Assembly: GCA_964548415.1 (NCBI GenBank)
Contig: CAZJQG010000007.1
Coordinates: 3,385-67,384 of the forward strand
Direction of reading: 5' to 3'
Length of the DNA stretch: 64,000 nt
Origin: an uncultured Dehalococcoidales bacterium
Lineage (GTDB): Bacteria; Chloroflexota; Dehalococcoidia; GIF9; UBA5629
Program-made: the position numbers and the translations under genes
The notes under the pieces: generated by a model
The model's input: only the letters and a program-made list of their open reading frames with translations
Told to the model about the DNA's origin: nothing
Database searches by the model: none
Shown here: piece by piece, positions 9,515 through 20,188 of the stretch
Position numbering within the stretch: the first letter of the stretch is position 1
How the letters are laid out: the number at the start of each line of letters is the position of its first letter

Positions 9515-11989
9515 CTACAGAAGCTGTCCCTGCTCGGTCTTTGACTTATCAGCCGACCTGTTTTCTCCCTGCTGGACGCAGTCGATTGAGACCACGCTGT
9601 CGTTCTCTTCCAGCGTCTTCAAGTGGACGCCCTGGGTATCCCTGCCCTGGATGGAGACCTCTTCATCCACTGAGATTCTAATAATAATGCCGCCGGCGGA
9701 AACGATAATGACATGCTGCTTTGGCGGGATAAGCTTGGCAGCGATGACTTTGCCGGTTTTATCGGTTACCCTGTGCGCGTATACGCCTTTGCCGCCCCTG
9801 GCCTGCAGCGGGAAATTCTTGGCCCAGCTTCTCTTGCCGAAGCCTTTTTCGGTAACAGTTAGTATTGCTGCATCACGGAAAATGGCACCCATAGCCACCA
9901 GCCGGTCGCGTGGCTCCAGTCTGATGCCACGAACGCCGCCGCTGGTCCTCGATGCCGGCCTCAAGCCCTTAACTGCAAACCTGATGCCCTGCCCGTTCTG
10001 GGTGACCAGAATAATTTCACCCCTCTGGCTCACGATGTCGGCAGCCACCAGTTCCTCGTCGGTACGCAGCTTCATAGCAATAAGCCCGCTGCTCCTGACT
10101 GTAGAAAATTTATCCAGACTGGTCTTTTTCACAATGCCCTTGGAAGTCGCCATGACCATGAACAGTCCGGGGACGAACTCCTTGACCACTATCAGCGCCG
10201 TTATCTGCTCCTTCGGGTCGATGGTTAGAAGGTTAGCCAGCGCAGTTCCTTTGGTGGCTCTAGACAGGTCTTGAGTAATATCGTAACAACGTAGCCGGTA
10301 AACCTTGCCTCGGTTGGTGAACAGCAATAAGTTATCATGGGTGTCAGCCACTACGCAGTGCTTCACCATGTCTGTTTCACGTGTCACCATTCCAGTGATG
10401 CCGACGCCTCCCCGGTGCTGTTTTTGATAAGTCGCGGCCGGTATTCTCTTGATATACCCCTGTTCGCTCAACGTAATAATTACGTCCTGGTGAGGGATAA
10501 GGTCCTCGTCCTGGAATTCTTCGGCTTCTTCGCGCTTAATGAGAGTACGCCTTGCGTCACCGTAGCTGGCTTTCAGTTCATTGACGTCCTGCTTAATCAG
10601 GAAGAGTATCTTCTTAGGATTCGCCAGCAGGTCTTCCAGGTATGCTATATTTTTCAAGACCTCATTATATTCGTCGAGAATCTTCTTTTGCTCCAGCTGT
10701 GCCAGGCGGCGCAATTGCATATCGAGTATGGCCTGCGCCTGGATCTGTGACAGCTTGAATTTCTCCATTAAGTTGGTTTTAGCTGTGTCCGCTGTTTCGG
10801 CTTTTCGTATGGTCTGGATGACGGCATCCAACTGGTCGAGCGCAATCCGGAAGCCCTCAAGAATATGGGCCCGGTCCTTGGCTTTCTGAAGGTCGAACTG
10901 GGAACGGCGGGTGATGACTATTCTGCGGAAGTCGATGTAGCAGGATAGGGCTTCTTTAAGATTGATAACCCGAGGCTGGCCGTCAACCAGCGCCAGCATA
11001 TTTATAAAGAAAGCCGACCGCATCTGTGTATATTTATACAGGTTGTTACAAATCTTCGTAGGCTGGGCATCTCTTCTGAGCCCGATAACTATTCTCATGC
11101 CATGCCGGTCGGACTCATCGCGGACGTCGCTTATGCCATCGATCTTCCTCTCCCTGGCGAGCTCGGCTATTCTTTCCACGAGGGCGGCCTTATTCGTCTG
11201 GTACGGTAGCTCAGAGATTATTAGATGCTGTCGTCCGCCTTTCAGCATTTCATCGGAAACTTTTGCCTGGACGACGACCTTGCCCTGTCCGCTGGCGTAA
11301 GCGCTTTTAATGCCCTGGCGGCCCAGAATAATTCCGCCTGTCGGGAAATCCGGCCCCTTTACGATTTTCATTAAATCGTCTACGTCTGCCTCGGGATTCG
11401 CTATCAGATAAGCGATGGCATCGCATATCTCGCTCAAGTTATGCGGTGGAATATTAGTCGCCATACCCACAGCGATGCCAGACGATCCGTTCACCATAAG
11501 ATTTGGTAATCTGGCTGGTAGTACCGTCGGCTCCTTTAAGCTATCGTCGAAATTAGGCATGAAATCGACTGTATCCTTGTCGATATCTACCAGCATTTCC
11601 CCGGCAATCTTGGATAGGCGCGCCTCGGTGTAGCGCATGGCCGCGGGCGGGTCATCATCCACACTACCGAAGTTCCCCTGCCCGTCGACAAGCATGTACC
11701 TCATGGAGAAATCCTGGGCCATTCTTACCATGGCTTCATATACCGGAGCATCGCCGTGAGGATGGTACTTGCCTAGCACGTCACCGACTATACGTGCGCT
11801 TTTTCTATAGGGGCTGTTGTGGTGAAGTCCCAGGCCATCCATGGCATACAATATCCGTCTATGAACCGGTTTCAAGCCATCGCGTACATCGGGCAAAGCT
11901 CGCTGCACGATAACGCTCATGGCGTAATCTAGGTAGGAGGTCTTCATCTCCTCTTCGATAATTACCGGTTTAACGATTCCGACTTCCAT
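9515..11989 (-). CDS. gyrA: DNA gyrase subunit A
   Basis: [32 protein letters not shown], the AAMRYTE active-site Tyr region, and a C-terminal beta-pinwheel repeat region; 824 aa. Confidence 0.97.
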   Translation of the reverse strand: MEVGIVKPVIIEEEMKTSYLDYAMSVIVQRALPDVRDGLKPVHRRILYAMDGLGLHHNSPYRKSARIVGDVLGKYHPHGDAPVYEAMVRMAQDFSMRYMLVDGQGNFGSVDDDPPAAMRYTEARLSKIAGEMLVDIDKDTVDFMPNFDDSLKEPTVLPARLPNLMVNGSSGIAVGMATNIPPHNLSEICDAIAYLIANPEADVDDLMKIVKGPDFPTGGIILGRQGIKSAYASGQGKVVVQAKVSDEMLKGGRQHLIISELPYQTNKAALVERIAELARERKIDGISDVRDESDRHGMRIVIGLRRDAQPTKICNNLYKYTQMRSAFFINMLALVDGQPRVINLKEALSCYIDFRRIVITRRSQFDLQKAKDRAHILEGFRIALDQLDAVIQTIRKAETADTAKTNLMEKFKLSQIQAQAILDMQLRRLAQLEQKKILDEYNEVLKNIAYLEDLLANPKKILFLIKQDVNELKASYGDARRTLIKREEAEEFQDEDLIPHQDVIITLSEQGYIKRIPAATYQKQHRGGVGITGMVTRETDMVKHCVVADTHDNLLLFTNRGKVYRLRCYDITQDLSRATKGTALANLLTIDPKEQITALIVVKEFVPGLFMVMATSKGIVKKTSLDKFSTVRSSGLIAMKLRTDEELVAADIVSQRGEIILVTQNGQGIRFAVKGLRPASRTSGGVRGIRLEPRDRLVAMGAIFRDAAILTVTEKGFGKRSWAKNFPLQARGGKGVYAHRVTDKTGKVIAAKLIPPKQHVIIVSAGGIIIRISVDEEVSIQGRDTQGVHLKTLEENDSVVSIDCVQQGENRSADKSKTEQGQLL

Positions 11990-11995
11990 AAATAT

Positions 11996-12838
11996 TTACT
12001 CCTCTTCCATAAACTCTTCCTCTTCGATAGGCGCTTCCTCATCGGTGGTAACGCCCTCGAAGATGGAAAAGCCTTCGGGTATCAATTCGCCCTCTTCCAT
12101 TTCGGGATATTCTCCTTCCTCCAAGGCCTCTTCCTCAACAGCCTCGTGTCTCAGCAATGTATCTTTGACATGCGGCTGGAAACCCTCTACAGCCTTCACC
12201 GGGAAGGAGAGCCGGCCTACCTGGCTGGGATGCTGAAAAGTCTCTCTGATAATAACCCTGGCGTTGCTGTGATCAATATTAACGATGGCAGCGGCGTACT
12301 TATTACCGCCTTCCATCAGCTTGGCCAGACGGAAACCATGCGGAGGCTCAACCAGACCGAGGTAATCTCCGCTCTCATTTTCTACGGCCAGTTGCCGGCC
12401 TCTTACCTTTAGATATACCTGGTTACCGGCTGCCATTTTGGCCAACACTTCCTTGGGCGCCAGGTCCTGCAGATTCACCACGCCAGCCTTCCCCATTTCC
12501 CCAATGAACAGGTCCGGTGAGGCCTCGCGGCGTTCTTCCTTGACACTAACCTTGGAATCACGCAACAACGAAAGTCGCTGCAAGTTCCTTTGGGCAATGG
12601 GGTTGTGGGGGTCCTGCTGTATAGCGCGGCTATAGGCGTCTTTGGCCTTGCGAAATTCGCCTAACTCCATAAAAGCCCTTCCCAGTCGGTTGTAGGCATC
12701 TATATCGGTGGGGAAAAGTTCAATTATACTCTGATTGATAGTCACCGCTTCCTGCCATCTACTCTGCATCGCTAGAGCAATGGCCTCCTGGCTTGCCTTA
12801 CGTCTAAGTCTTGCTTTATCTTCTTCTCGATCAGGCAT
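11996..12838 (-). CDS. TPR-repeat protein with strongly acidic C-terminal tail
   Basis: Track ORF 11996..12868. ATG at 12838 preceded by GGGGGTGGA. TPR-like AYNRLGRAFMELGEFRKAKDAYSRAIQQDPHN; the tail ends EEAPIEEEEFMEEE. Its stop is 6 nt before the gyrA start. Confidence 0.7.
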   Translation of the reverse strand: MPDREEDKARLRRKASQEAIALAMQSRWQEAVTINQSIIELFPTDIDAYNRLGRAFMELGEFRKAKDAYSRAIQQDPHNPIAQRNLQRLSLLRDSKVSVKEERREASPDLFIGEMGKAGVVNLQDLAPKEVLAKMAAGNQVYLKVRGRQLAVENESGDYLGLVEPPHGFRLAKLMEGGNKYAAAIVNIDHSNARVIIRETFQHPSQVGRLSFPVKAVEGFQPHVKDTLLRHEAVEEEALEEGEYPEMEEGELIPEGFSIFEGVTTDEEAPIEEEEFMEEE

Positions 12839-13046
12839 TGTTCCACCCCCTGCAATTGCGGGATTCACTTGTAAAAACTCGCTCCGAACCCGTTCAATAT
12901 ATCAACTATTTTACATTAGTCAATGTGTCAAAAAAAGGCCCAATTGTCAAGTGCCTACAGTACGGTCGCGAATAATTTTTGACAAAAAATGTCCATTATG
13001 TTAGCCTTTTAACTTGCGAACGTCAAGCGAAGCAAAGGGGAATCCC

Positions 13047-13265
13047 GTGAGAGATAAAGTACAAGCCGTCTTGGACAACATTCGACCTAGCCTCCGCGCT
13101 GACGGCGGCGATGTAGAACTGATCGATGTTAAAGATGGCGTCGTCAGCGTCAGGCTTAAGGGCGCCTGTGCCGGCTGCCCGATGTCAACTATGACTCTAA
13201 AAAACGGCATAGAGCGGTTGCTGAAACAAGAGATATCGGACGTAAAAGAAGTAAAAGCTGTCTAG
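13047..13265 (+). CDS. NifU-like (Nfu) Fe-S cluster carrier domain protein
   Basis: IRPSLRADGGDVELIDVKDGVVSVRLKGACAGCPMSTMTLK, the Nfu C-terminal domain with CxxC. GTG 13047 after AAGGGG is likelier than the track start 13014. Confidence 0.85.
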   Translation: MRDKVQAVLDNIRPSLRADGGDVELIDVKDGVVSVRLKGACAGCPMSTMTLKNGIERLLKQEISDVKEVKAV

Positions 13266-13275
13266 TCTATTATCC

Positions 13276-14487
13276 TTATTCAAGCGCAAACGCCTTATGT
13301 AAAGCCTTTATCGCTTCTTTCGCTTTTTCTTCGGCAATGATACAGGTTATTTTTATTTCCGATGTTGTTATCAGTTGGATGTTGATACCTTCGTCCGAAA
13401 GCGCTTTAAACATACCCGATGCATAGCCCGGTGTGTTCTGCATTCCCGTGCCAACGATACTTATTTTAGCCAGCGTCGAATCGCTGACGCAGTCCTTGGC
13501 CCCGATGGACTTGGCTATCGGCTTGATCAAAGACATGGCTTTGTCTAAATCGCCTCTGGCAACCGTAAACGTCAAATCTGTAATATTGTTGATGCTGGCA
13601 TTTTGCACGATTGCATCAACACTTATGCTGGCTTTAGCCAGGGGCTCGAAAATTGCCGAGGCTATGCCCGGCCGGTCAGGAACACCGACAACAGTGACCT
13701 TCGCTACGTTTAAATCGTGAGCAATGCCTCGCACTTTATTTCTTACTTCCATTGGAATCCCTCCGTGAATGATAGTACCGGGTTTGTCATTGAAGCTGGA
13801 AGCCACCAGTATCGGCATGTTATATACCTGCCCCAGCTCTACCGCGCGTGAGTGCATAACCTTGGCTCCCAGGGTCGCCAATTCCAGCATTTCCTCGTAG
13901 CCGATTTCCTCGAGCTTGTGAGCTTCGGGCACGATTCGAGGGTCGGCGGTGAATACGCCCTCAACATCCGTGTATATCTCGCATATGTGAGCTTTCAGAG
14001 CCGCCGCCAGCGCCACGGCCGTGGTATCGGAACCACCCCGCCCAAGAGTCGTTGTGTCCTTTTCTTTGGTTATGCCCTGAAATCCAGCTACGATAACGAT
14101 ATTTCCTTTCTCCAGCTCTTTAACGATTCGTTTGGGCTCTATGTGCGTAATACGGGCCTTAGAGAAGACAGAGTCCGTCTCGATACCAGCTTGAGCTCCC
14201 GTCAGGCTTACCGCCTGGTAGCCCATGTTGTGCAGGGCCATAGCCATTAGCGTGCTGGATACGATTTCGCCGGTAGATAACAGTACATCAAGCTCCCGTT
14301 CCAGAGGTTTGGGATTAACATCCCTGGCGAGCTGAATCAACTGGTCGGTGGTTTTGCCCATTGCCGAAACGACCACGACCACGTCATTACCTTTTTGCCT
14401 GGTGGCTACGATACGCCTGGCCACGTTATTGATTTTCTCAGCATCGGCCACGGAGCTGCCGCCATATTTTTGAACTACGATTGCCAT
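13276..14487 (-). CDS. lysC: aspartate kinase (monofunctional, C-terminal ACT domains)
   Basis: [35 protein letters not shown]; 403 aa. Confidence 0.93.
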   Translation of the reverse strand: MAIVVQKYGGSSVADAEKINNVARRIVATRQKGNDVVVVVSAMGKTTDQLIQLARDVNPKPLERELDVLLSTGEIVSSTLMAMALHNMGYQAVSLTGAQAGIETDSVFSKARITHIEPKRIVKELEKGNIVIVAGFQGITKEKDTTTLGRGGSDTTAVALAAALKAHICEIYTDVEGVFTADPRIVPEAHKLEEIGYEEMLELATLGAKVMHSRAVELGQVYNMPILVASSFNDKPGTIIHGGIPMEVRNKVRGIAHDLNVAKVTVVGVPDRPGIASAIFEPLAKASISVDAIVQNASINNITDLTFTVARGDLDKAMSLIKPIAKSIGAKDCVSDSTLAKISIVGTGMQNTPGYASGMFKALSDEGINIQLITTSEIKITCIIAEEKAKEAIKALHKAFALE

Positions 14488-14535
14488 TTTGCCTCCTGCG
14501 TATTGTAGACTATCAATTGCTGTTTTTCCAGCCTT

Positions 14536-15723
14536 CTATTCTCGTATCAGCCTGTCCATAATTTTATAACCGTCTTCGATAAAAATACCTGTGTCTTTTG
14601 CCTGCGCTTCGGTATACTTTTTGGCCCCGTTTGACTCAATTCCAGAACCCCAAAGCACAAACGGTACCGGCTCTTCGGTGTGGGTTTGAATTTTTATGGG
14701 AGTGGGATGGTCGGGCAGCGCCAGTACTCTGAGCTTGCCTGAATTCCAGGATTTTATCCGGCCTACCACTTCTTGATCGATACGCTCCAATGCTTCAACT
14801 TTCTGGTCAATCGAACCGCCGTGGCCTGCCTCATCCGGAGCTTCGATATGCACTATTACCAAATCATATTTATCGAGCGCTTTCAAGGCTCCGCTGGCCT
14901 GAGCTAGATAGTCGTTATCGGGGCCATCGGTAACCCCCTGAATATCCAGAATATCCATGCCGGCCATTTGGGCTAGCCCACGGAGAAGATCGACGCCGGA
15001 CGTCATGGCCGCCTTGAGACCGTAGGCTTTTTTGAACGGCGGCATCTCCGGTATCTGACCGCTCCCCCAGAAAAGCCAGATCATGGTCGCCGGAATATCG
15101 CCTCTGGCTTTTCGCTCCAAATTAACCGGGTGTGCTACGAGGACCGCCTTGGATTTATCCATCAGGTCACTCAGCAGTTCACTGCCCGGACCCCGCGGTA
15201 GAAACTCGGCAACCGGTTTATCCGGTATATCGTGCGGCGGCGTGCATTTTGCCGCGAGGGTCTCTTCATGGCCTTTTATCTTGCAAATATGCCGGTAGCG
15301 GACACCCGGATAAAAATGAATTTCGCTGCTGCCCAGTTTTTCATTTAAAGAGGCAATCAGCGCCTGAGCTTCAGCTGTTTCGATATGCCCCGAGCTGTAG
15401 CTCCACATCTTGCCGTCCCGAACGGCCACCAGATTGCAGCGGAAAACGACTTCATTTTTGGCGACGGGTATACCCATGCTCTTCGCCTCGATGCCGCTCC
15501 GGCCGCGATAATAAATCTTCGGGTCGTAACCAAGCACCGACATGCAGGCACAGGCACTGCTAGGTTCCATTCCCGCAGGCACGGTGCGTAACAGACCAAC
15601 CGTCCCTTCCCGTGCCATCGAGTCCAGGTTCGGCATACGCGCCAGTTCCAGGCAGGTCTTACCACCGCGGTCAGGCAGCGGCCAACCGGCGGCGCCGTCG
15701 ATTATTAAAACGCAGTACTTCAT
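14536..15723 (-). CDS. archaeal-type cofactor-independent phosphoglycerate mutase family protein (ApgM-like); possibly a non-canonical homoserine kinase
   Basis: 395 aa alkaline-phosphatase-superfamily protein. N-terminus MKYCVLIIDGAAGWP, with HIEAPDEAGH and LPDHPTP metal-site motifs typical of the ApgM family. It lies directly downstream of lysC. Confidence 0.75.
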   Translation of the reverse strand: MKYCVLIIDGAAGWPLPDRGGKTCLELARMPNLDSMAREGTVGLLRTVPAGMEPSSACACMSVLGYDPKIYYRGRSGIEAKSMGIPVAKNEVVFRCNLVAVRDGKMWSYSSGHIETAEAQALIASLNEKLGSSEIHFYPGVRYRHICKIKGHEETLAAKCTPPHDIPDKPVAEFLPRGPGSELLSDLMDKSKAVLVAHPVNLERKARGDIPATMIWLFWGSGQIPEMPPFKKAYGLKAAMTSGVDLLRGLAQMAGMDILDIQGVTDGPDNDYLAQASGALKALDKYDLVIVHIEAPDEAGHGGSIDQKVEALERIDQEVVGRIKSWNSGKLRVLALPDHPTPIKIQTHTEEPVPFVLWGSGIESNGAKKYTEAQAKDTGIFIEDGYKIMDRLIRE

Positions 15724-15808
15724 TGCAGCTATTTATTCCTCGTTATTAAGAGCAGAGGATTAAGAGACGATGAAATTCCGATTGAAAACAATGCTAATAT
15801 TACAATGC

Positions 15809-15837
15809 TTGCCCCAAAAGTTAAAGCCGCTTATAAT
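15809..15837 (+). promoter_or_regulatory. candidate promoter of tRNA-Pro
   Basis: TTGCCC (15809-15814), 17 bp spacer, TATAAT (15832-15837). The -10 ends 9 nt before the mature tRNA 5' end. Confidence 0.55.
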
Positions 15838-15846
15838 ATCCGATGG

Positions 15847-15923
15847 CGGGGCGTAGCGCAGTCTGGTAGCGCGCAGCGTTCGGGACGCTGAGGTCGGAGG
15901 TTCGAACCCTCTCGCCCCGACCA
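15847..15923 (+). tRNA. tRNA-Pro (anticodon CGG), CCA encoded
   Basis: Hand-folded cloverleaf: acceptor CGGGGCG/CGCCCCG, D stem GCGC/GCGC, anticodon stem CAGCG/CGCTG with loop TTCGGGA, variable AGGTC, T arm GGAGG-TTCGAAC-CCTCT, discriminator A, CCA. The C1:G72 pair is typical of bacterial tRNA-Pro. Confidence 0.93.
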
Positions 15924-15925
15924 GT

Positions 15926-16702
15926 TTATCCCACAATCCTCTTGGCTTCTTCCCACAAAGCGTTCTGCTCATCGAGGGAAAGGTTCGCCAGGTTGAGGTC
16001 GCGTTCACGGCACATTTCCTCCATGCGGGTAAAACGTCGAAAGAAACGCTGGTTGGCGGACCGGAGCGCCATCTCCAGGTCTATATCCAGGCGTCGAGCA
16101 ACATTGGCCAAAGTAAAAAGCAAATCGCCGAACTCGTCGGCTTTTTCCTGCTGGCTCCGAGCCTCCTTAATTTCTCCAACCTCTTCAGCCAGCTTGTCTA
16201 TGATTTCTTCCACTGTCTGCCAGTCGAAGCCGACTCCGGCAACTCGACGCTGCATGGACTGGCTGTAGGCCAGGGCCGGCATCTGCCCCGGCATGCCGGC
16301 TAAAATAGATTCACCTTCTGCCCTTTCCTCCTGTTTCAAGGACTCCCAGTTCTGCTCCACTTCCTCTATTCCCGAGGCTTTCTGGCCGCCGAAGACGTGG
16401 GGGTGACGGTGAACCAGCTTGTCACTGATCCTTTGTATGACATCATCAATATCGAACTGCTCTGCTTCTTCGGCTATCCGGGCGTGAAGCATGATTTGAA
16501 GCAGCAGGTCGCCAAGCTCGTCGCGCAGCTTAGCCGGCATACCTTCGTCGAGCGCCTGCAAAACCTCGTAACTTTCTTCGACTAAAAAAGGCCTCAGCGA
16601 ATCATGCGTTTGTTTCTTATCCCACGGGCATCCATTGGGTCCGCGAAGCCGAGCAATGATTCCCCTAAGCCGGGCAAAATTACCGAATTTTTTCTTGGGC
16701 AA
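15926..16702 (-). CDS. mazG: nucleoside triphosphate pyrophosphohydrolase MazG
   Basis: [29 protein letters not shown] and a second EExGExxD repeat ([18 protein letters not shown]). Track ORF extends to 16762; TTG 16702 after GGAG is a likelier start. Confidence 0.88.
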   Translation of the reverse strand: MPKKKFGNFARLRGIIARLRGPNGCPWDKKQTHDSLRPFLVEESYEVLQALDEGMPAKLRDELGDLLLQIMLHARIAEEAEQFDIDDVIQRISDKLVHRHPHVFGGQKASGIEEVEQNWESLKQEERAEGESILAGMPGQMPALAYSQSMQRRVAGVGFDWQTVEEIIDKLAEEVGEIKEARSQQEKADEFGDLLFTLANVARRLDIDLEMALRSANQRFFRRFTRMEEMCRERDLNLANLSLDEQNALWEEAKRIVG

Positions 16703-16789
16703 AATTTTACTCCAATAATATTGTCGCCACGCTATTATAGTGAGGCAGCCATCGGCTGGCAATTACTTTTTAATACGCCCTAAAAACTT

Positions 16790-16819
16790 TAATAAAAAAC
16801 GCGGAGCAAATGCTCCGCG
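16790..16819 (-). terminator. intrinsic terminator after the Zn-peptidase gene
   Basis: Minus strand reads CGCGGAGC-AUUU-GCUCCGCG followed by UUUUUUAUU. Confidence 0.7.
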
Positions 16820-16848
16820 CTATCGATGACACTAATGGATATTGTCGC

Positions 16849-17556
16849 TTATCTCCGGTTGCCGCCCATGGCCAGTAGGACAAAGTAGAAGAGCTGGGCC
16901 ACTGCCTGAAGCGTCGCCGCTACGTAGGTTAAGGCTGCCGCCGACAGAACAGCGCTGGCTCCATTATATTCATCCGCCGCCACCAACCCCGTGCTGCGCA
17001 GCATTTGCCTGGCGCGGTTACTGGCGTTATATTCCACCGGCAGCGTAACCAGGCTAAATAGTACTGCCAGGGAAAACAGAAACACACCGATCCAGACTAC
17101 GGTCATACCGAAGGCGGCGCCGAACACAGTCAATAGAAAACCAAGAATAACAAAGACATAGCCAAGCGTGCTGCCGAGATTCGCAGCTGGAACCAGAGAG
17201 GTGCGGAACCTCATGAAGGCGTAGCCCACCTTGTCCTGTACGGCATGTCCCACCTCGTGCGCCACGATTCCTAGCGCGGCCACAGAAGGTGTATTGGCCA
17301 CATCCGGCGACAGCCGCAGCACTTTCTTTCTGGGGTCGTAGTGGTCACCGAGCCGGCTTTTTATTTGCTCTACTGCCACGTTGCCCAGGCCGTTCGACTG
17401 TAGCAACCTCTCCGCGGCTTCAGCTCCCGTGATACGTTGCGAATTGGCCATCTTGGAATATTTATTGAAAGCAGAATTGACCTTTGCCTGCGCATAAAAC
17501 ATGAAGATTAGCGGTGGTATCATTATCAAAAACCACAGCGGGTCAAAGAAAAACAT
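16849..17556 (-). CDS. membrane-anchored neutral zinc metallopeptidase (Zn_peptidase_2-like)
   Basis: HEVGHAVQ HExxH motif between an N-terminal TM segment and C-terminal TM segments; 235 aa. Confidence 0.75.
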   Translation of the reverse strand: MFFFDPLWFLIMIPPLIFMFYAQAKVNSAFNKYSKMANSQRITGAEAAERLLQSNGLGNVAVEQIKSRLGDHYDPRKKVLRLSPDVANTPSVAALGIVAHEVGHAVQDKVGYAFMRFRTSLVPAANLGSTLGYVFVILGFLLTVFGAAFGMTVVWIGVFLFSLAVLFSLVTLPVEYNASNRARQMLRSTGLVAADEYNGASAVLSAAALTYVAATLQAVAQLFYFVLLAMGGNRR

Positions 17557-17609
17557 TTTCTAAATTCCTCCCAAATCAGCCTTAATTTTAGTTAATCGAT
17601 GACATTCTG

Positions 17610-18554
17610 TCAAAACAAATTGCCGCCGATAAAGTCGTGCTGGCCTCGTGCAAATTCCGCTGCCGGAAGCTCGCGCTTCCCCTCCAACTGTACCGTCACC
17701 AGCCCCAAAACCCCGTCTTCGGTTTGTACACCGACTGCCGCCGCAGCGGCCGAAGGCAGCGCTACCACTTTTCCCGGCTCTCTGGATTTTCCAACGTGCA
17801 GCGGCACAACTTTAATCAGCTTTAACCGGCGGCCTTTCCAGTGGGTATAGCTGCCGGGCCAGGGGTCGAACGCCCGGATCCGCCGCCAAAGTTCTTGCGT
17901 CGACAGTTGCCAATCTATCTCTCCTTCTTCCTTTTTTATTATTCGGGTATAAGTTGCCTGGCTGTCATCCTGGGGCTGAGGTTTTATTCGACGCTCAATC
18001 CATTGGGGAATGGTCTCAACCAGCAGTTTGGCGCCCAGTACCGCCAACTTAGATTCCAGAGAGCCGGTGGTATCTTCGTCGGATACCGGCTGTTTTATCT
18101 GACTCAAAATCGGGCCGGTATCCATGCCCGCGTCCATTATCATGATGGTGACACCCGTTATTTCGTCTCCGCTTAAGATGGCGCCAGCTATTGGCGACGC
18201 GCCACGATGTCGGGGCAGCAAAGATGGGTGAACATTGAGACACCCAAACTTTGGTACATTAAGTACTTCCGGCGGCAGCAGCAATCCGAAGGCGGCCACC
18301 ACAATAAGGTCAGGCGAAAAAGCGGCTAACGTCTCAACGGTTCCGGTGTCTTTAAATTTTTCTATCTGCACAACTTGCAGTCCGTTGGAAACGGCGAACT
18401 GTTTTACCGGTGGTGATATAACCTGCTGGCCGCGTCCGGCTTTTCTGTCCGGTTGGGTGTAGACCGCGACCACCTGAAAACCGCTGCTGACCAGAGCCCC
18501 TAGGTTCGGCACAGAGAATTCCGGAGTGCCCATAAAAACGACTCGATTTTTCAT
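17610..18554 (-). CDS. fmt: methionyl-tRNA formyltransferase
   Basis: VVFMGTPEFSVP, NVHPSLLPRHRGASPI (HxSLLP motif), and a C-terminal OB-like domain. Confidence 0.93.
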   Translation of the reverse strand: MKNRVVFMGTPEFSVPNLGALVSSGFQVVAVYTQPDRKAGRGQQVISPPVKQFAVSNGLQVVQIEKFKDTGTVETLAAFSPDLIVVAAFGLLLPPEVLNVPKFGCLNVHPSLLPRHRGASPIAGAILSGDEITGVTIMIMDAGMDTGPILSQIKQPVSDEDTTGSLESKLAVLGAKLLVETIPQWIERRIKPQPQDDSQATYTRIIKKEEGEIDWQLSTQELWRRIRAFDPWPGSYTHWKGRRLKLIKVVPLHVGKSREPGKVVALPSAAAAAVGVQTEDGVLGLVTVQLEGKRELPAAEFARGQHDFIGGNLF

Positions 18555-18817
18555 GTCATAAATTTTTTCTCAAAATATTTTATCAAGTCCCTCTATTATG
18601 TCAAAAACCCCCTTGACATGCCAAGAGATGGACGTGTTAATCTTAGTGAGTTGTGGCGCGGGTCCCCGGAAAATTTTTCGTAGCCTTCATCCGCAAAAAA
18701 TTGCTGGTTTAGCTTGTAACTTTTAGGGCTCATAAGAACGAAATTTGATGATGGGTGGGGGGTTTTTGTTGCATTTCATGGGGGCACCCAAGCGAAATTT
18801 GTATTGTTAGGAGAGAG

Positions 18818-20188
18818 TTGAAGTCAGCACAATCGATATGGGAAGCCGCTCTGGGAGAACTTCAACTCCAGGTCAATAAGCCGAACTTTGATACGTGGCT
18901 CAAGGATACCTCCGGCATAAGTTATAAGGAGGGCGTTTTCATCATCGGTGTACCTAACGTTTTTATTGCCGAATGGTTGAAGAGCCGACTCCACTCTCTC
19001 ATTAAGAGAACCCTCACCAGCATTACCGGACAATCCGTCGATATTCAGTTCGCCATCCGGCCTATCAATCAAGAGGCACAGCCAGTGGGCGCCCGCCAGG
19101 CAGATGGAGGCACCAGCACCAGGATAAAGGGACCGCTGTCATCTTTCAGGTTAAATCCAAAATATACTTTCGACAATTTTGTGGTCGGTGAAAGTAACCG
19201 CCTGGCTTACGCCGCAGCACTGGAAGTTGCGGAGGATCCTGGTAATAAATATAATCCACTGTTTATCTACGGCGATACCGGGTCGGGTAAGACGCATCTG
19301 CTGCATGCCATAGGGCATATAGCCAAGTCCAAGGGGCTGACCACACTTATCGCCAGCGCCGAACAGTTTACTACGGAATTTGTTGTCGCTCTTAAGAACA
19401 ATAAAATTGACGATTTTCACCGGAAGTTCAGGAGCACCGACTTTTTGCTGGTGGACGACATCCAATTCCTGAGTGGCAAGGCACAAACACAGGAGTGCCT
19501 GTTTCATATTTTCAACGACCTCTACGAAAAAAACTGCCAGATAGTGGTGACCAGCGACCGGCCTCCAAGAGCCATATCCTCTATTACCAAAAAATTGAGG
19601 TCGCGATTGGAATGGGGACTCATTGCCGACCTCGGTATTCCGGACCTGGAGACCCGATTAGACATACTTAAAGTCAAGATCAAACAGCTAAACATAGCCC
19701 AGCCACCAGCTGAAGTCCTCCGCTTTCTTGCAGTGCAGTTCCAGCAAAACACACGCGAGTTGGAAGGCGCGCTGAACCGTGTGGTTACCTACTCCAGATT
19801 GAGCGCCGAAAAAATAGATATGAAGCTTACAGTCCAGTCACTGGCTGATATAATCCCCAAAGATAGCCGGCAGGTTCAGGGCACGAGCCCGAAGGTCATA
19901 ATAACTACTGTGGCCAACTTCTACGGAATCGATACTGAGGTCCTGACCGGTAAACAAAGAGACAAGACGGCGGTTTTGGCACGTCAGGTCACCATGTACC
20001 TGCTGCGCGAGCGAAACCACTGCAGCCTCGCCGAAATCGGTACTATTCTGGGCGGCAGGGACCATACCACCGTGCTTCACGGTTGTGAAAAAATCGCTTC
20101 GGAAATAGACGTTAATCCGCAGCTCCAAGAATCAATTACCGAGATTCGGCGCAAATTAAAGCCCCGAAAACCCGCATCCGCGTCATGA
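18818..20188 (+). CDS. dnaA: chromosomal replication initiator DnaA
   Basis: N-terminus SIWEAALGELQLQVNKPNFDTWLK, Walker A GDTGSGKTHLL, VDDIQFL, C-terminal DNA-binding LLRERNHCSLAEIGTILGGRDHTTVLHG. In-frame TTG at 18818 after GGAGAGAG is likelier than the track GTG 18755. Confidence 0.95.
   Translation: MKSAQSIWEAALGELQLQVNKPNFDTWLKDTSGISYKEGVFIIGVPNVFIAEWLKSRLHSLIKRTLTSITGQSVDIQFAIRPINQEAQPVGARQADGGTSTRIKGPLSSFRLNPKYTFDNFVVGESNRLAYAAALEVAEDPGNKYNPLFIYGDTGSGKTHLLHAIGHIAKSKGLTTLIASAEQFTTEFVVALKNNKIDDFHRKFRSTDFLLVDDIQFLSGKAQTQECLFHIFNDLYEKNCQIVVTSDRPPRAISSITKKLRSRLEWGLIADLGIPDLETRLDILKVKIKQLNIAQPPAEVLRFLAVQFQQNTRELEGALNRVVTYSRLSAEKIDMKLTVQSLADIIPKDSRQVQGTSPKVIITTVANFYGIDTEVLTGKQRDKTAVLARQVTMYLLRERNHCSLAEIGTILGGRDHTTVLHGCEKIASEIDVNPQLQESITEIRRKLKPRKPASAS

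Noticed and set aside
9495-10274. 259-aa plus-strand ORF, and several other ORFs of 100 aa or more opposite gyrA, gyrB, fusA, ahcY, pgm and the histidine kinase
   Set aside because: All lie antisense to confidently identified genes, and none has recognisable motifs or plausible starts.
15760-16008. 82-aa minus-strand ORF spanning the tRNA
   Set aside because: It overlaps tRNA-Pro and the 3' end of mazG, so it is spurious.
18555-18817. The fmt-dnaA spacer as the origin
   Set aside because: It has only weak box-like sites (for example TCATCCGCA, two mismatches) and a plausible dnaA promoter (TTGACA at 18614). The dnaA-obg spacer has the better box cluster and AT-rich tract. It is not excluded as part of a bipartite origin.
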